NCBI GenBank assembly: GCA_029258795.1
Contig: JAPDKB010000004.1
Location: 32,001-96,000, forward strand
Reading direction: 5' to 3'
Origin: an archaeon
GTDB taxonomy: Archaea; EX4484-52; WAPT01
DNA length: 64,000 bases
The position numbers and the translations under genes were made by a program. Of the stretch, positions 31,497 to 41,266 are shown in pieces. The stretch's first letter is position 1; each line of letters opens with the position of its first letter. A model generated the notes under the pieces. It was not told the DNA's origin, made no database searches, and saw only the letters and a program-made list of their open reading frames with translations.

Positions 31497-31601
31497 GGGG
31501 CCGTAGTGTAGCTTGGTTATCACTCCAGCCCGGGGCGCTGGCAACCCCGGTTCAAAAGCTAGGTTAAAGCGGTAAAGCTGAAAATCCGGGCGGCCCCACC
31601 A
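31497..31601 (+). tRNA. tRNA-Pro(GGG) with 28-nt intron at position 59/60 (31557-31584), CCA encoded
   Basis: Acceptor GGGGCCG/CGGCCCC, anticodon stem CCAGC/GCTGG with loop CCGGGGC, T-stem CCCGG/CCGGG; bulge-helix-bulge motif around the intron. Confidence 0.9.
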
Positions 31602-31604
31602 AAT

Positions 31605-31841
31605 TCAAAATCCTTTTTTCATTCCAACCTTCTCACTCTTCCATCTTTCAACATGCCCCTCCTCATCCAGCAGAAGGAGCTCAACCCCATCATCATTTAT
31701 CATCAGCTTGCAGCTTATCCTGCCGTTCGTTATCTTTATGGCTCCAGCTACGGGATGGGGTAAGAGTATCTTGTGCTTTACAACATCATAATTATCATCA
31801 AAACAGTTGGCTTCTATCAGCAAAGCTTTTCTGGCCATCAC
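31605..31841 (-). CDS. Small hypothetical protein
   Basis: 78-aa ORF downstream of the HerA-like gene. Confidence 0.55.
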   Translation of the reverse strand: MMARKALLIEANCFDDNYDVVKHKILLPHPVAGAIKITNGRISCKLMINDDGVELLLLDEEGHVERWKSEKVGMKKGF

Positions 31842-31931
31842 CCCACCTTTTCACCAATTTTGTTACTTATTAATAATAACACCTTAAATTTAAAAACCTT
31901 CTCAACACCCGCCACAATTCAACTTTTTGGT

Positions 31932-34025
31932 TTACAGCTCAACAGAAACGAACTTACTGGCTTTTTTCACTCCTTCCACCGTGTTCACGCGAAACAGAAT
32001 GCCCGAAACCTTCTCCTTTTTCTTAAGTTGTGCTAAGCTCTGAAGGAAAGCGTTCAAACACCTATCATCTTTAACCACAACCACATTTACCTCTTTACCC
32101 ATCTTCAGCATTTCTTCCAGCGCATCCTTGCCCGTATCAAATAAAATGAAAATCCTTCTGTTTCCCTTGGAAAACATTACAAGATGATTTGACACGTGTT
32201 CAGCTATAAACCCCCTTCTCTTCATCATTTCAACCATGTCATCCAGAGGCCTGGTATCGCATCCTTCATCACTCACATCTCCAAACATACTGATAACAGC
32301 ATCTCTCCATGCATCCTTCACAAAATATATGTGTGCATTCTGCCCGCTCACCCTCATCCCCTCAAAATCAACCACACCCAAATTTAGCATATCATCCATG
32401 AGCTTTCTGAAGGTCGTGCCCGAAATACCCATGTCCTTGTAGAGCTGTGAGGCTTTGGCCGCATCACAGTTAATGAGTTTTCTCAGCATAGCCAGCTGTC
32501 TTGCGTTCAGCTCATTTTTCAGCTTCTCAACCCGCTCATCCAAAACACCATCTCTGGATGCACCTTTTTCTTTACCCACGAGATCGTTATCCTTCTCCTC
32601 ACTCTCCTCATCTTTCTCCACACCAACCTCAACAAACTCTTTCATGGACTCCCTCACTTCCTCATCAGAAACGCTGCCCTTCTCCACGCTAACTTTTGGA
32701 AACCTGACCAAGAAGGGCTTCGTGAATTCTATCTTTCTGCAGAACACCATACCCTCTCCAATCCTCAACCTCCTCAGGAAATCCTTCTCCTCCTCGCTTG
32801 CAAGGTTGAGCATGCTCGCAGCATCATCAACATCTGAAGCTTGTTTTGTCTCAAGCCCCAGGTTCATATAAACCTGCGTTGAGGTGTTACCTAAAGCGGT
32901 GTAAGAAACGAGCGAGGGGTGCTGATCAGTATAAACTATACCCACTCCCAGCTCCCTTATCTCTCTGAAAATAACATCCGTTACGGTTTCTGTCCCGAGC
33001 TTCTTCGTTTTCTCTCTGTTCAGAATGTGATGTGCCTCCTCCACCACCATGATGCCATTTAGCTTTTCCTTCTTCCCGTTGACCAGCAACCAATCCCTGA
33101 GCCATTGAAGTATGATCTCAATGAAAAAGGTTCTGTCGTTGGAGGAGAGAGCATCAAGCTCCAGCACCGTTATGTTCGGCTGGAAGAAGAGCTCTGCAGG
33201 ATTGTAGCTGGTTTTGGGGTTGAACGCCTCTCCTATCTCTCTGAAGCAGAGGGAGTCAAGCGCTCTTTTGGCCGTTGCAGCCCAGTTTCTCTCTCTGGCT
33301 GATGCAAACTCCGCCTCGTTCGCATAAATCCAAGCCCTGATATCCTTCAGCTTTATTTCTCGTCCTTCAGCCATACTTTCCAGTTCATCGAGGGCGCGCA
33401 ACACAATGTATCTGCCACCACCCATCATCCAGTAAGCATGATCAAAGATTTCAGCAAATTCCTTGCTCCACTGGGAGAATGGAACGTTTTCTGGCGGCTT
33501 AACCGGGTTGAAGTAGAATGGCACAACGTTCCTGCCAACTGTATAGACACGCAGCTTGTCCCTAAGCTCATCAAGCCGCATCAGATCCCTGTAGTTCCTC
33601 TTGGAGAAATCGAACACAACCACAGGAATATCAAGCTTGGCAAGCTCTACCAATAAGTGCTGCACCAGGTTGGTTTTTCCGTAACCAGTTGAACCAAAAA
33701 TCCCCACATGATGAAGGAAAACCTCCGGATCAAGTTTGAAGGGGTAGAGTTTCACTCCTCCATAAACCACATCTCCGAAGTGCAGCTTTCCATTACACGC
33801 AACCTCTTTTGGAGGTGGTTCAAAAACAACCATGTCCTTCTCAGGCATTATGGAAAGCATAGCAGCTTTCACCGCATCCACCAGATCCATCAGCAAGCTT
33901 CTGGTTTTTTCATCTCCCGCAAGATAAAGCACTTCCATATCCACAACTTTATCCCTACCTATCAGAGGAGCAAGTTTCTTAACTTCCTTTAGAAACTCGT
34001 GTCTCTGTGTAACTTCCATAATCAT
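31932..34025 (-). CDS. HerA/FtsK/VirD4-like P-loop ATPase with C-terminal wHTH and degenerate nuclease-like tail
   Basis: HVGIFGSTGYGKT, MVVEEAHH, REIRELGVG..DQHPS, C-terminal HTH-like ASQLYKDMGISGTTFRKL. Confidence 0.85.
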   Translation of the reverse strand: MIMEVTQRHEFLKEVKKLAPLIGRDKVVDMEVLYLAGDEKTRSLLMDLVDAVKAAMLSIMPEKDMVVFEPPPKEVACNGKLHFGDVVYGGVKLYPFKLDPEVFLHHVGIFGSTGYGKTNLVQHLLVELAKLDIPVVVFDFSKRNYRDLMRLDELRDKLRVYTVGRNVVPFYFNPVKPPENVPFSQWSKEFAEIFDHAYWMMGGGRYIVLRALDELESMAEGREIKLKDIRAWIYANEAEFASARERNWAATAKRALDSLCFREIGEAFNPKTSYNPAELFFQPNITVLELDALSSNDRTFFIEIILQWLRDWLLVNGKKEKLNGIMVVEEAHHILNREKTKKLGTETVTDVIFREIRELGVGIVYTDQHPSLVSYTALGNTSTQVYMNLGLETKQASDVDDAASMLNLASEEEKDFLRRLRIGEGMVFCRKIEFTKPFLVRFPKVSVEKGSVSDEEVRESMKEFVEVGVEKDEESEEKDNDLVGKEKGASRDGVLDERVEKLKNELNARQLAMLRKLINCDAAKASQLYKDMGISGTTFRKLMDDMLNLGVVDFEGMRVSGQNAHIYFVKDAWRDAVISMFGDVSDEGCDTRPLDDMVEMMKRRGFIAEHVSNHLVMFSKGNRRIFILFDTGKDALEEMLKMGKEVNVVVVKDDRCLNAFLQSLAQLKKKEKVSGILFRVNTVEGVKKASKFVSVEL

Positions 34026-34519
34026 TCACCGCCAACTATACCCCTTATCTTGGAGAGGATGTAGTACTGCTCCTCAAGAACATTCAGCTCGTTGGTTATG
34101 GTGGTCACATCCCTCCAGTAGCTGACCTCCTCCCTCCTCAACTGCGATTTAAGTGCTGAGATATCTGCCATCACATCCCTTATGTCTTCCGGTTTGCTCA
34201 TCTTAGCCATCAAACCCTCCTTTTCCTTGATCTCCGCGTTTATGTCATTCACAATCTTTTCATGTATCTCCTTCCTTTTGGAAAGAGCATCCCTGAGGTC
34301 CTTTATCCTCTTTTCCAGAAACCTGCATCTTTCAGCTATGCTTCCAGCAACTTCCTCAACCTTCAGCTTCAGCTCTTCCAGCTCTTCTGTTGTCTCAACT
34401 TCCAGAGTGGTGGGGTGAACATGCACATCCCTTTTGACAACCTTTTCAACTTTCGGGGCTTGTTCTTTCCAAACATTGGCTGGGGAGTGCATGAACTGCT
34501 CTGAAGAAGCAATTGTCAT
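34022..34519 (-). CDS. Coiled-coil protein translationally coupled to the HerA-like ATPase
   Basis: Heptad-rich; start placed at ATG 34519 because the upstream ORF extension overlaps promoter and hairpin DNA. Confidence 0.7.
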   Translation of the reverse strand: MTIASSEQFMHSPANVWKEQAPKVEKVVKRDVHVHPTTLEVETTEELEELKLKVEEVAGSIAERCRFLEKRIKDLRDALSKRKEIHEKIVNDINAEIKEKEGLMAKMSKPEDIRDVMADISALKSQLRREEVSYWRDVTTITNELNVLEEQYYILSKIRGIVGGE

Positions 34520-34826
34520 CTCCCTATAAATTTTTTCCAAACTTTCGGAATCCTTGTATGTGTACCTATCATCATTCATGCCGCACACCAGTCCCAAGCG
34601 TCCCAACTTTAACTTCAGAACGAAATCATTTAAAAATGTTAGATACAATCTGTAATCCAACCAACCAACAACTATGTATGGACTCCGCTGAGACGCTAAG
34701 ACAAGTGTGATATTTCTACCTATCTTCTTCCCAATCTCAACCCTCTCCGTTCTCGAGGCCTTCTTCACCTCTTGGCCATATTTGGGCTGAGAGGTGAAAG
34801 GCGAGAAACGGAAGGAGGGAGAAGGA

Positions 34827-35150
34827 ATGAAACATGCGAATGGTCCGGTGGTTGGAGTGTGTATTGAGTGTGTGAAGAAGAGGGTGGCTCAAAACGGAGG
34901 ACTTGAGCTGTGCGAAAAATGCCAGAAATATCGGGAAAAAATTGATAGAGCTATAGAAACTGGTGAACTTCTGCCAGCAAATCTTTTATGCCCATATTGC
35001 ATAGAACACAACAGGATAGGCTTGGTTAGAATCGTGGGCCCATCTGAAGCAATAAATGGCAGCTCTCCAGTTAAAATGGAGGCCGACTGCGACGGATGCG
35101 GACATACTTACGAAGTGCTCGATGGTCCTGTACCAATAACCGTGAGGTGA
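34827..35150 (+). CDS. Orphan Zn-finger protein with four CxxC motifs (islet A cargo)
   Basis: CIEC, CEKC, CPYC, CDGC; GGAGG RBS upstream. Confidence 0.7.
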   Translation: MKHANGPVVGVCIECVKKRVAQNGGLELCEKCQKYREKIDRAIETGELLPANLLCPYCIEHNRIGLVRIVGPSEAINGSSPVKMEADCDGCGHTYEVLDGPVPITVR

Positions 35151-35156
35151 AGCGCC

Positions 35157-35480
35157 ATGCAGGAGACCATTGAGCACATTTTCTCAATTTTTAATGGAGG
35201 CAAGGAGCTTTTCGGAATTCCGCTAACAAGCCGTGAAAAGGGGATTCTGAAGAACTTGAAGGAAGTGCCTGAGCAGAAAGAAATCGGATTGTTGGCATAC
35301 AGCATAAAAGAGAAGTTTGGTGTGAGTGAGCACATTGCGGCTTGCGCAGCTTTCTGCATAGCCCTCAAAAAGATAGAAGTGACATCGATTCTGACGAGAA
35401 GACTTAGCAAATCAGATAGGGAGTGGGTTTCTGTTATAAAAACGGAGTACTCGCGAAAGAGGGTCAAGGGTATTCTCTGA
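35157..35480 (+). CDS. Orphan hypothetical protein (islet A cargo)
   Basis: GAGGTGA RBS, 107-aa ORF, T-tract after the stop. Confidence 0.65.
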   Translation: MQETIEHIFSIFNGGKELFGIPLTSREKGILKNLKEVPEQKEIGLLAYSIKEKFGVSEHIAACAAFCIALKKIEVTSILTRRLSKSDREWVSVIKTEYSRKRVKGIL

Positions 35481-35506
35481 CCCTTCCTATTTTTTATTTT
35501 TCATTT

Positions 35507-35522
35507 TAGGAAATTTTTCCCA
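35507..35522 (+). repeat. Islet-end palindrome, copy A (TAGGAAATTTTTCCCA)
   Basis: 14/16 identical to the copies at 54005 and 57958; preceded by a CTATTTTT...TCATTT tract. Confidence 0.75.
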
Positions 35523-35614
35523 TTTATACTCTCAATATATTTAAATAATGAAATACCAAAAAAGAGAGAGGAGTGTGCAACATTCATAAAGATTTTTCGT
35601 GAGGGTATATAACT

Positions 35615-38600
35615 ATGGTGAGCAGAGAGCAACATTTCACTCTTGTTGTCTGGACCTCGCTCTTACTTGTTCTGCTCGCTACTCGATCGTTTGCGACGGG
35701 CTTTTTAATAGCGACTCCAGAACCCTCAACGCCGTGTTACAACCAATCTTTTTACTCAACCGCACAAAATTTAGCTTCGGAATTTAACACAACGCTGGTG
35801 GAATTTAATTGCACAAACATGTCAACACTTAAAACTGCTTTGAGCTCGTATTTTTTGAACTATACAATGCTATATGTTGTTATGCATCCCGCCAATTTGA
35901 CTCCGGATTTCCTCGATGCGCTGTACCTCTCGTTAAAAAATGTTGATGATGACCCCTACTTGGACTTCGCTTACTCCATCATAACCGGCAAGGACAACAC
36001 CACCGCGTACAACTTTTTCAAGAGGAACGCTTATGGTTTTTCATCATCCCAACTCTACATCTCCTGTCCGGCTGAAACCTGCGTTCATGAGGCCAACTAC
36101 CTCCTGTCTCTCTATCCCTCGGCCATGCACCACTTCCACCCGAATGCAACCGCATCCAACCTTCAGAACAACTTCTTCGGCGAGGGTTCAAAGCACTGGC
36201 TCTTTTTGTGTTCAAACAAATCAACAAGCTCCGAGGTGTACATGGACGGCAACTCCCAACTTTATGCGAACTCAAGCTTGAGGTGGTTCGCAACCGATGG
36301 AGGAGCACTTGAGATGGCAAACACCGTGGCATTCCTGCCAACCTCCTACTCGGCAAGAATTGCTGGCACATCCTCCAACCCCAGCGAGATAGGTGCAAAT
36401 CCAGCGGGAAGTGGCGTTTCATCCCTCTTGATGTCATTCACGAATGAGGGTTCCCTCTACTTTGGCTTGCACTCCTCCAAACCGTCTGGCTTGAATGCAA
36501 TCTTCACACCAGTGCTCAACGAGCTGTTTTCAGGAAGGGAGAGTGCTCTTGGAGCGGTTAAGCTTCTGAAGGACTATCTCATTCTGATGGAAGAAATGGA
36601 AGGTGGTGTGAACACAACTCTAATCGACTTTCTGGCCTCCAATCCGGTTATAGCGGGAAGAGACATCAGCATTGATAACGAGAAAACTAACGCACCATAC
36701 TCCTATGCCATGGACAAAGTTCAGATCAATGCAACCGTGCCCGTCTCAGCAGATATATGGTGGAACACGACCGTCAACGTGACTTTCAGCTCAGCTTCAC
36801 CTTTGGTTGAATGCAGCACTTCTGGATGCATCTTCAAACCTTCCCCATTAACTCTCTGGATGATAAACGCAAGCACTGAAAACAGCACATACAACATTAC
36901 TTTCGTTGCAGCCATACCGGGCAGAATAACACCGGAAAACAGCATTATCAATATAACCGATCTGTGGATTGAAAGCACGCCAACCACTCTTAAGGCGTTC
37001 AAGCTCGTGACCAACACAACATCATACACGCTGAGCGTCGCTGATGACGTGACCAGAAACAGAGCTATGATTGGGCATGACGAAAACTCAATAATCTTTG
37101 CCCTGCTCACCACACCCAACCAGAGCTTGAGCACACAAACAGTAAAGTTCACAGCACGGTACTACACCCGTGGAATAACAATGGATGTTGTCAGCGAGAG
37201 ATGCTCCGACAACAGAACGGAGGTGAGGATCAAGCTGTTCAACCCATTAAGCGTCTCTGTAGAGAACGTCACTTTCAATTACACTCTTCCGAGCTATGCT
37301 GTGCTGAGAGACGTTATCAACGCTTCATACGCTCTCAACGGAAACGTTGTGAACATGCGAATACCATCTTTACCTCCGGGAGAGACGTACATCACACTTA
37401 TCTATGAGTCGAGGATTTCCATGATCAACCACACATTCTCAAGACCAACTAAAACTTACAACAGGGGAGAAACGCCCGGTTTCAACATAACTTTGGATTA
37501 TAACGGAAGCGCGTCCATCAACCTCACCCTGCGGGCCATAGACGCTCTGAACACCAACTTCTGGAACTACACCGACAGTGTTTCGTTCACAAACTCGATC
37601 GAGCTCAATTACACCACAACCCAGCTCTCCGCTAACCATCCAGACGGTGTGAACACGATCATAATCGAAATCTATGACAACTCCAGCGGAAAGATCCTCA
37701 ACAACTACACCATAACATTCACATCAACATCACAGCTGAAACTGGTCTCATCCAATGGAACCATCAGCCTTAGCAAGGATGCGTACACAAACGCATCCAA
37801 GAAGTATTTTTATTTTGTTGCTGATTCAGTGTCCATAACCGGCTCGGTCAGAAACTACAACAATGGAAATGTGAGCAACGCAAGTGTGACCGCTACCATT
37901 GCCGAGATCAACGTTACGAACAGCACCCAGACAACCTCAAAGGGAGAGTACATAGTGTATTTGTCGTGGAACACATCTTATGTCGGAAGCGCCACATTGA
38001 GGGTGTGTGCAGTGGATGATTACAACAACTCCGCCTGTTACTCCCTCAGCATCAGCATAACCAGAAAGCTCAGCAATGCCTGCCCATCCTTCAACGTAAC
38101 CCCTACAGCGCATAACGAATACGTGTTCAACGATGAGGATGAGATTTTCCTTATGGTTAGCGCTGTTGATCCTGATGGAAATCCAGTTTATGGAGCGGAT
38201 GTGAAGATAGAGAATCCACAGATAAACACGCAGGGAAGCGTAACTTCCACCACAACGGACGAGGATGGTGCTGCCATCCTCAAAATCATACCGTGGATCG
38301 ATCATGGAAAAGTAACTTTAAACATAAGCGTTACAGACCCACTGAACACATCAAGAAAGATCTACCTCCAGAAGAACTTCACCATTATAGACATAAAGAG
38401 GTGGAGCTACAATGATAACAGCAAGACCATAATCTACAAGCAGGAACCCTCTCCAGCAATAGTGGACGACTATGTTACTCTTTACGGAAACATAACTCTG
38501 AACTACGGAAACACAAGCTTGATAACCTCAAGATTCATTTCGTATGTGCTGATGGCGGAGGGTTCTGATGTGACAGAAGCATCGGATTGCACCATAACTG

Positions 38601-39817
38601 ATTCACCCTCTGGCACGGACAGCACCTTTGCCATTAAGTGCAAACCAAGAATGAAAGCTGAGCATTGCCTGAAAATGAACGTTTCTGTGAGTTATGATGG
38701 CGTCACAATCCATGAGTACAATATCCCTTACTGTTTTGACGTTACTTCCAACCAGAGCACAACCTCCACCACAACCCAACAGAGCACTCAGCAAACAACA
38801 ACCATGTTAAGGACTTGCGATAGTAATGAGGACTGTGAGATGGGAGAATACTGCTCATCAAGCGGTTTTTGCGAGCCCTTGGAATGCGAGAGCAATGAAA
38901 TAATCTACAACCATATGTGCGTGTCTCCCAACGACCTGTACAAATTAGTTATAAATGTGCCAAAACTGGTGATAAAGAAGAATTCATCGGCAGTTTACAA
39001 CATCACCGTCAGGAACACTGGTGTTAAGAGGTTAACTCAGGTTAGTTTACATTTAACCTCCGCGTACGTTTCATGGAAGGGATGGTACGCATTCATCGGC
39101 TCGAACACCGCAAGCGAGATCGAGCCCGCAAAATCCCACACATTCACAATCAAGTTTAAAGTTCCAGCGAATGTGAGTGCGGGCGCTTACCCGATAAAAA
39201 TATGGGTTATGACCAAAGAGAATCTGCAGAAGGGAGTGGAAACCACTCTTTATGTTGCTCCTATAGAGGAGGATATCTTGAGCTTCAATTCCACCGTACA
39301 GGAGTTGCTTTCCAATGTTTCCTTGCTGGAGCAAACCATCCTCGAGCTCATGGAGGAGGATGAGGAGAACACCACTCTATTGAACTCGCAACTTTCGAAA
39401 TTAAAACAAGCTGAGGAATTGCTCAACCAGTCGATTGATTTTGCCAGAAAGAATGATTATCTCTCCGCGTTCATTAAACTGGAAGAAGCGCAAAAAATAC
39501 TGGATGAGGTTAATTCAGCTGTCACTCAAGAGGCAGCCAAAATCGAGACAGAGAAAAATAAAAAAAGAAAATATGCGGTTTACATCACTCTGATTTTGAT
39601 AATTGTGGTTGTGCTCTACTATCTTTGGACACCTCCGAAAGAAGAAGTCAAGTTGACCTATTCTTACCACGGAAGCAAGAAGCGGCATCATGACATAATA
39701 AGCGAGATTAAAAAGCATATCGAGAAGATAAAGAAAGCTCTATCCAAACTTAGCAAATCGGAGGAAAGGACAAGACCTCGCTACAATTACCACAGAAGAA
39801 AGAGGTGGAGCTCTTGA
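35615..39817 (+). CDS. Giant membrane-anchored surface glycoprotein (Ig-like/CARDB-like domains, Cys-rich module, coiled-coil stalk, TM, basic tail)
   Basis: Signal peptide, many N-x-S/T sequons, Thr-rich linker, CDSNEDCEMGEYCSSSGFCEPLEC, ITVRNTG, C-terminal TM helix. Confidence 0.85.
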   Translation: MVSREQHFTLVVWTSLLLVLLATRSFATGFLIATPEPSTPCYNQSFYSTAQNLASEFNTTLVEFNCTNMSTLKTALSSYFLNYTMLYVVMHPANLTPDFLDALYLSLKNVDDDPYLDFAYSIITGKDNTTAYNFFKRNAYGFSSSQLYISCPAETCVHEANYLLSLYPSAMHHFHPNATASNLQNNFFGEGSKHWLFLCSNKSTSSEVYMDGNSQLYANSSLRWFATDGGALEMANTVAFLPTSYSARIAGTSSNPSEIGANPAGSGVSSLLMSFTNEGSLYFGLHSSKPSGLNAIFTPVLNELFSGRESALGAVKLLKDYLILMEEMEGGVNTTLIDFLASNPVIAGRDISIDNEKTNAPYSYAMDKVQINATVPVSADIWWNTTVNVTFSSASPLVECSTSGCIFKPSPLTLWMINASTENSTYNITFVAAIPGRITPENSIINITDLWIESTPTTLKAFKLVTNTTSYTLSVADDVTRNRAMIGHDENSIIFALLTTPNQSLSTQTVKFTARYYTRGITMDVVSERCSDNRTEVRIKLFNPLSVSVENVTFNYTLPSYAVLRDVINASYALNGNVVNMRIPSLPPGETYITLIYESRISMINHTFSRPTKTYNRGETPGFNITLDYNGSASINLTLRAIDALNTNFWNYTDSVSFTNSIELNYTTTQLSANHPDGVNTIIIEIYDNSSGKILNNYTITFTSTSQLKLVSSNGTISLSKDAYTNASKKYFYFVADSVSITGSVRNYNNGNVSNASVTATIAEINVTNSTQTTSKGEYIVYLSWNTSYVGSATLRVCAVDDYNNSACYSLSISITRKLSNACPSFNVTPTAHNEYVFNDEDEIFLMVSAVDPDGNPVYGADVKIENPQINTQGSVTSTTTDEDGAAILKIIPWIDHGKVTLNISVTDPLNTSRKIYLQKNFTIIDIKRWSYNDNSKTIIYKQEPSPAIVDDYVTLYGNITLNYGNTSLITSRFISYVLMAEGSDVTEASDCTITDSPSGTDSTFAIKCKPRMKAEHCLKMNVSVSYDGVTIHEYNIPYCFDVTSNQSTTSTTTQQSTQQTTTMLRTCDSNEDCEMGEYCSSSGFCEPLECESNEIIYNHMCVSPNDLYKLVINVPKLVIKKNSSAVYNITVRNTGVKRLTQVSLHLTSAYVSWKGWYAFIGSNTASEIEPAKSHTFTIKFKVPANVSAGAYPIKIWVMTKENLQKGVETTLYVAPIEEDILSFNSTVQELLSNVSLLEQTILELMEEDEENTTLLNSQLSKLKQAEELLNQSIDFARKNDYLSAFIKLEEAQKILDEVNSAVTQEAAKIETEKNKKRKYAVYITLILIIVVVLYYLWTPPKEEVKLTYSYHGSKKRHHDIISEIKKHIEKIKKALSKLSKSEERTRPRYNYHRRKRWSS

Positions 39818-40818
39818 AAAAGAACCACTTTGAAATTGTGGAAGCTTTGACTGGCTCAGCGGTGGTGTCTCTTTCATTCTATCTGGCGTGGAGCGCTGGA
39901 GTAACCGAATGGATAATAAATCCCTTCACATCCATTCAGTTGTTGAAAGAAAATTTGCTCATATACATTGTGGCTTCGATTCTTTTTTCCATGGGCGCTG
40001 CATTAATAGGCAGGCTGTGTTTTAACGATAGCACTAAATCCTCAACATTATTGCTGTTCGTTCTGATACCTCCCTTCGCCATCCTCACATTATTTGGTGT
40101 CCAGCTAACCTCCTTCATGCTTGCAATCGGATGGGTTCTCTTTTCAATACTGTTCTGCAGGGAAATAAGAACGGAGGTTGAAGCGTACAAAAAACCAAGA
40201 ATTTACAATATAGCTTCAAACTCGTTCAAGAGAACTTTTTTACTGTTTTCTATTTTTGTTGCGCTTTCTGTATATCTTTTTTTCATTTCCTCACCCAAAA
40301 CAACAGAAAAAATTGTCGCTAACTCGATTCTTCAGGCCACAGAATTCAGCGGCGATTTAATGAAAGGTGTAGAAGAAACGCAAAAGACCATGGCATTACA
40401 GCTTGTAGATTCGGTTGAGGGTGCGTTTATACTGGCGGCATCATCTTACATGAGCGAGGGATGTAGAGAGGAATTGAGGCAGATTTATCCTGTGGTGGAC
40501 AACATTACAAAAAGTGTTGTGATCAATGGAATGGAGTCATCTGCGATGAGTAAGGAAGAAATGACCAATATGATTTTGAGCCAGATGAAAAATATGGAGT
40601 TCTATCAGCAATCCATTAAACTGGTTCCAATAATGGTGGCTGCATTCGCTTTCTTCGTAGTGGAGATGATAAAAAGCATTGTTTTAGCACCACTGATTGG
40701 TATGTTCTCATTACTTTTCACCCGAAAAAGAAGAAAATCCAATCGATCAACGAGAAATCCAACTAAATCCCGAGAACCCTCCGAGACCGAGATTTACGGA
40801 GCAGAGACTTACATTTAA
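39805..40818 (+). CDS. Multi-pass membrane protein of unknown function
   Basis: About 6 hydrophobic segments; overlaps the end of the giant surface protein gene. Confidence 0.75.
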   Translation: MELLKKNHFEIVEALTGSAVVSLSFYLAWSAGVTEWIINPFTSIQLLKENLLIYIVASILFSMGAALIGRLCFNDSTKSSTLLLFVLIPPFAILTLFGVQLTSFMLAIGWVLFSILFCREIRTEVEAYKKPRIYNIASNSFKRTFLLFSIFVALSVYLFFISSPKTTEKIVANSILQATEFSGDLMKGVEETQKTMALQLVDSVEGAFILAASSYMSEGCREELRQIYPVVDNITKSVVINGMESSAMSKEEMTNMILSQMKNMEFYQQSIKLVPIMVAAFAFFVVEMIKSIVLAPLIGMFSLLFTRKRRKSNRSTRNPTKSREPSETEIYGAETYI

Positions 40819-40843
40819 AATGTTTCGTGGTCAAGCTTTCCCT

Positions 40844-41206
40844 ATGAGACCTTTTTGCGAGATAGTGGTTGGAAGGATATTCCCCATCCTCAGAGCGCTT
40901 CTGGCGAGAGAACTTGAAAAGATGGGCCATACGCAGGTGGAGATAGCAACATATTTGATGATAACCCAGCCAGCAATCTCCCAATACAAACGGAGATTGA
41001 GAGGCAAAAACGCAAAGCTGCTGGAGGATGATGCAGCGTTCATGAAAGAGATAAGAATCTCCGCTACACGAATAGCGAAGAACAAAAACGCCTATGCTGC
41101 TGAAATGTGCAGATTGTGTAAACTCATAAGGGAAAATAAATTAATCTGTAATTTTTGTCCTGATGCCGAGTTTAGTAAAGATGTGTGTAAGGGTTGTGTA
41201 CCCTAA
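40844..41206 (+). CDS. HTH transcriptional regulator (COG2522-like, Cys-rich C-terminus)
   Basis: PFCEIVV...LRALLAREL..GHTQVEIATYLMITQPAISQY. Confidence 0.8.
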   Translation: MRPFCEIVVGRIFPILRALLARELEKMGHTQVEIATYLMITQPAISQYKRRLRGKNAKLLEDDAAFMKEIRISATRIAKNKNAYAAEMCRLCKLIRENKLICNFCPDAEFSKDVCKGCVP

Positions 41207-41266
41207 CATACATTTTTAAAATTTAACATATTGCAAGAATTTGCAAGAATTAAAGGTGCTGTTAAT

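Noticed and set aside
34520-34768. N-terminal extension of ORF 34022-34768
   Set aside because: Overlaps promoter motifs and the leader hairpin; ATG 34519 is the more plausible start
31497-35522. Intact provirus integrated at tRNA-Pro
   Set aside because: No integrase, no structural genes and no duplicated tRNA 3' end found
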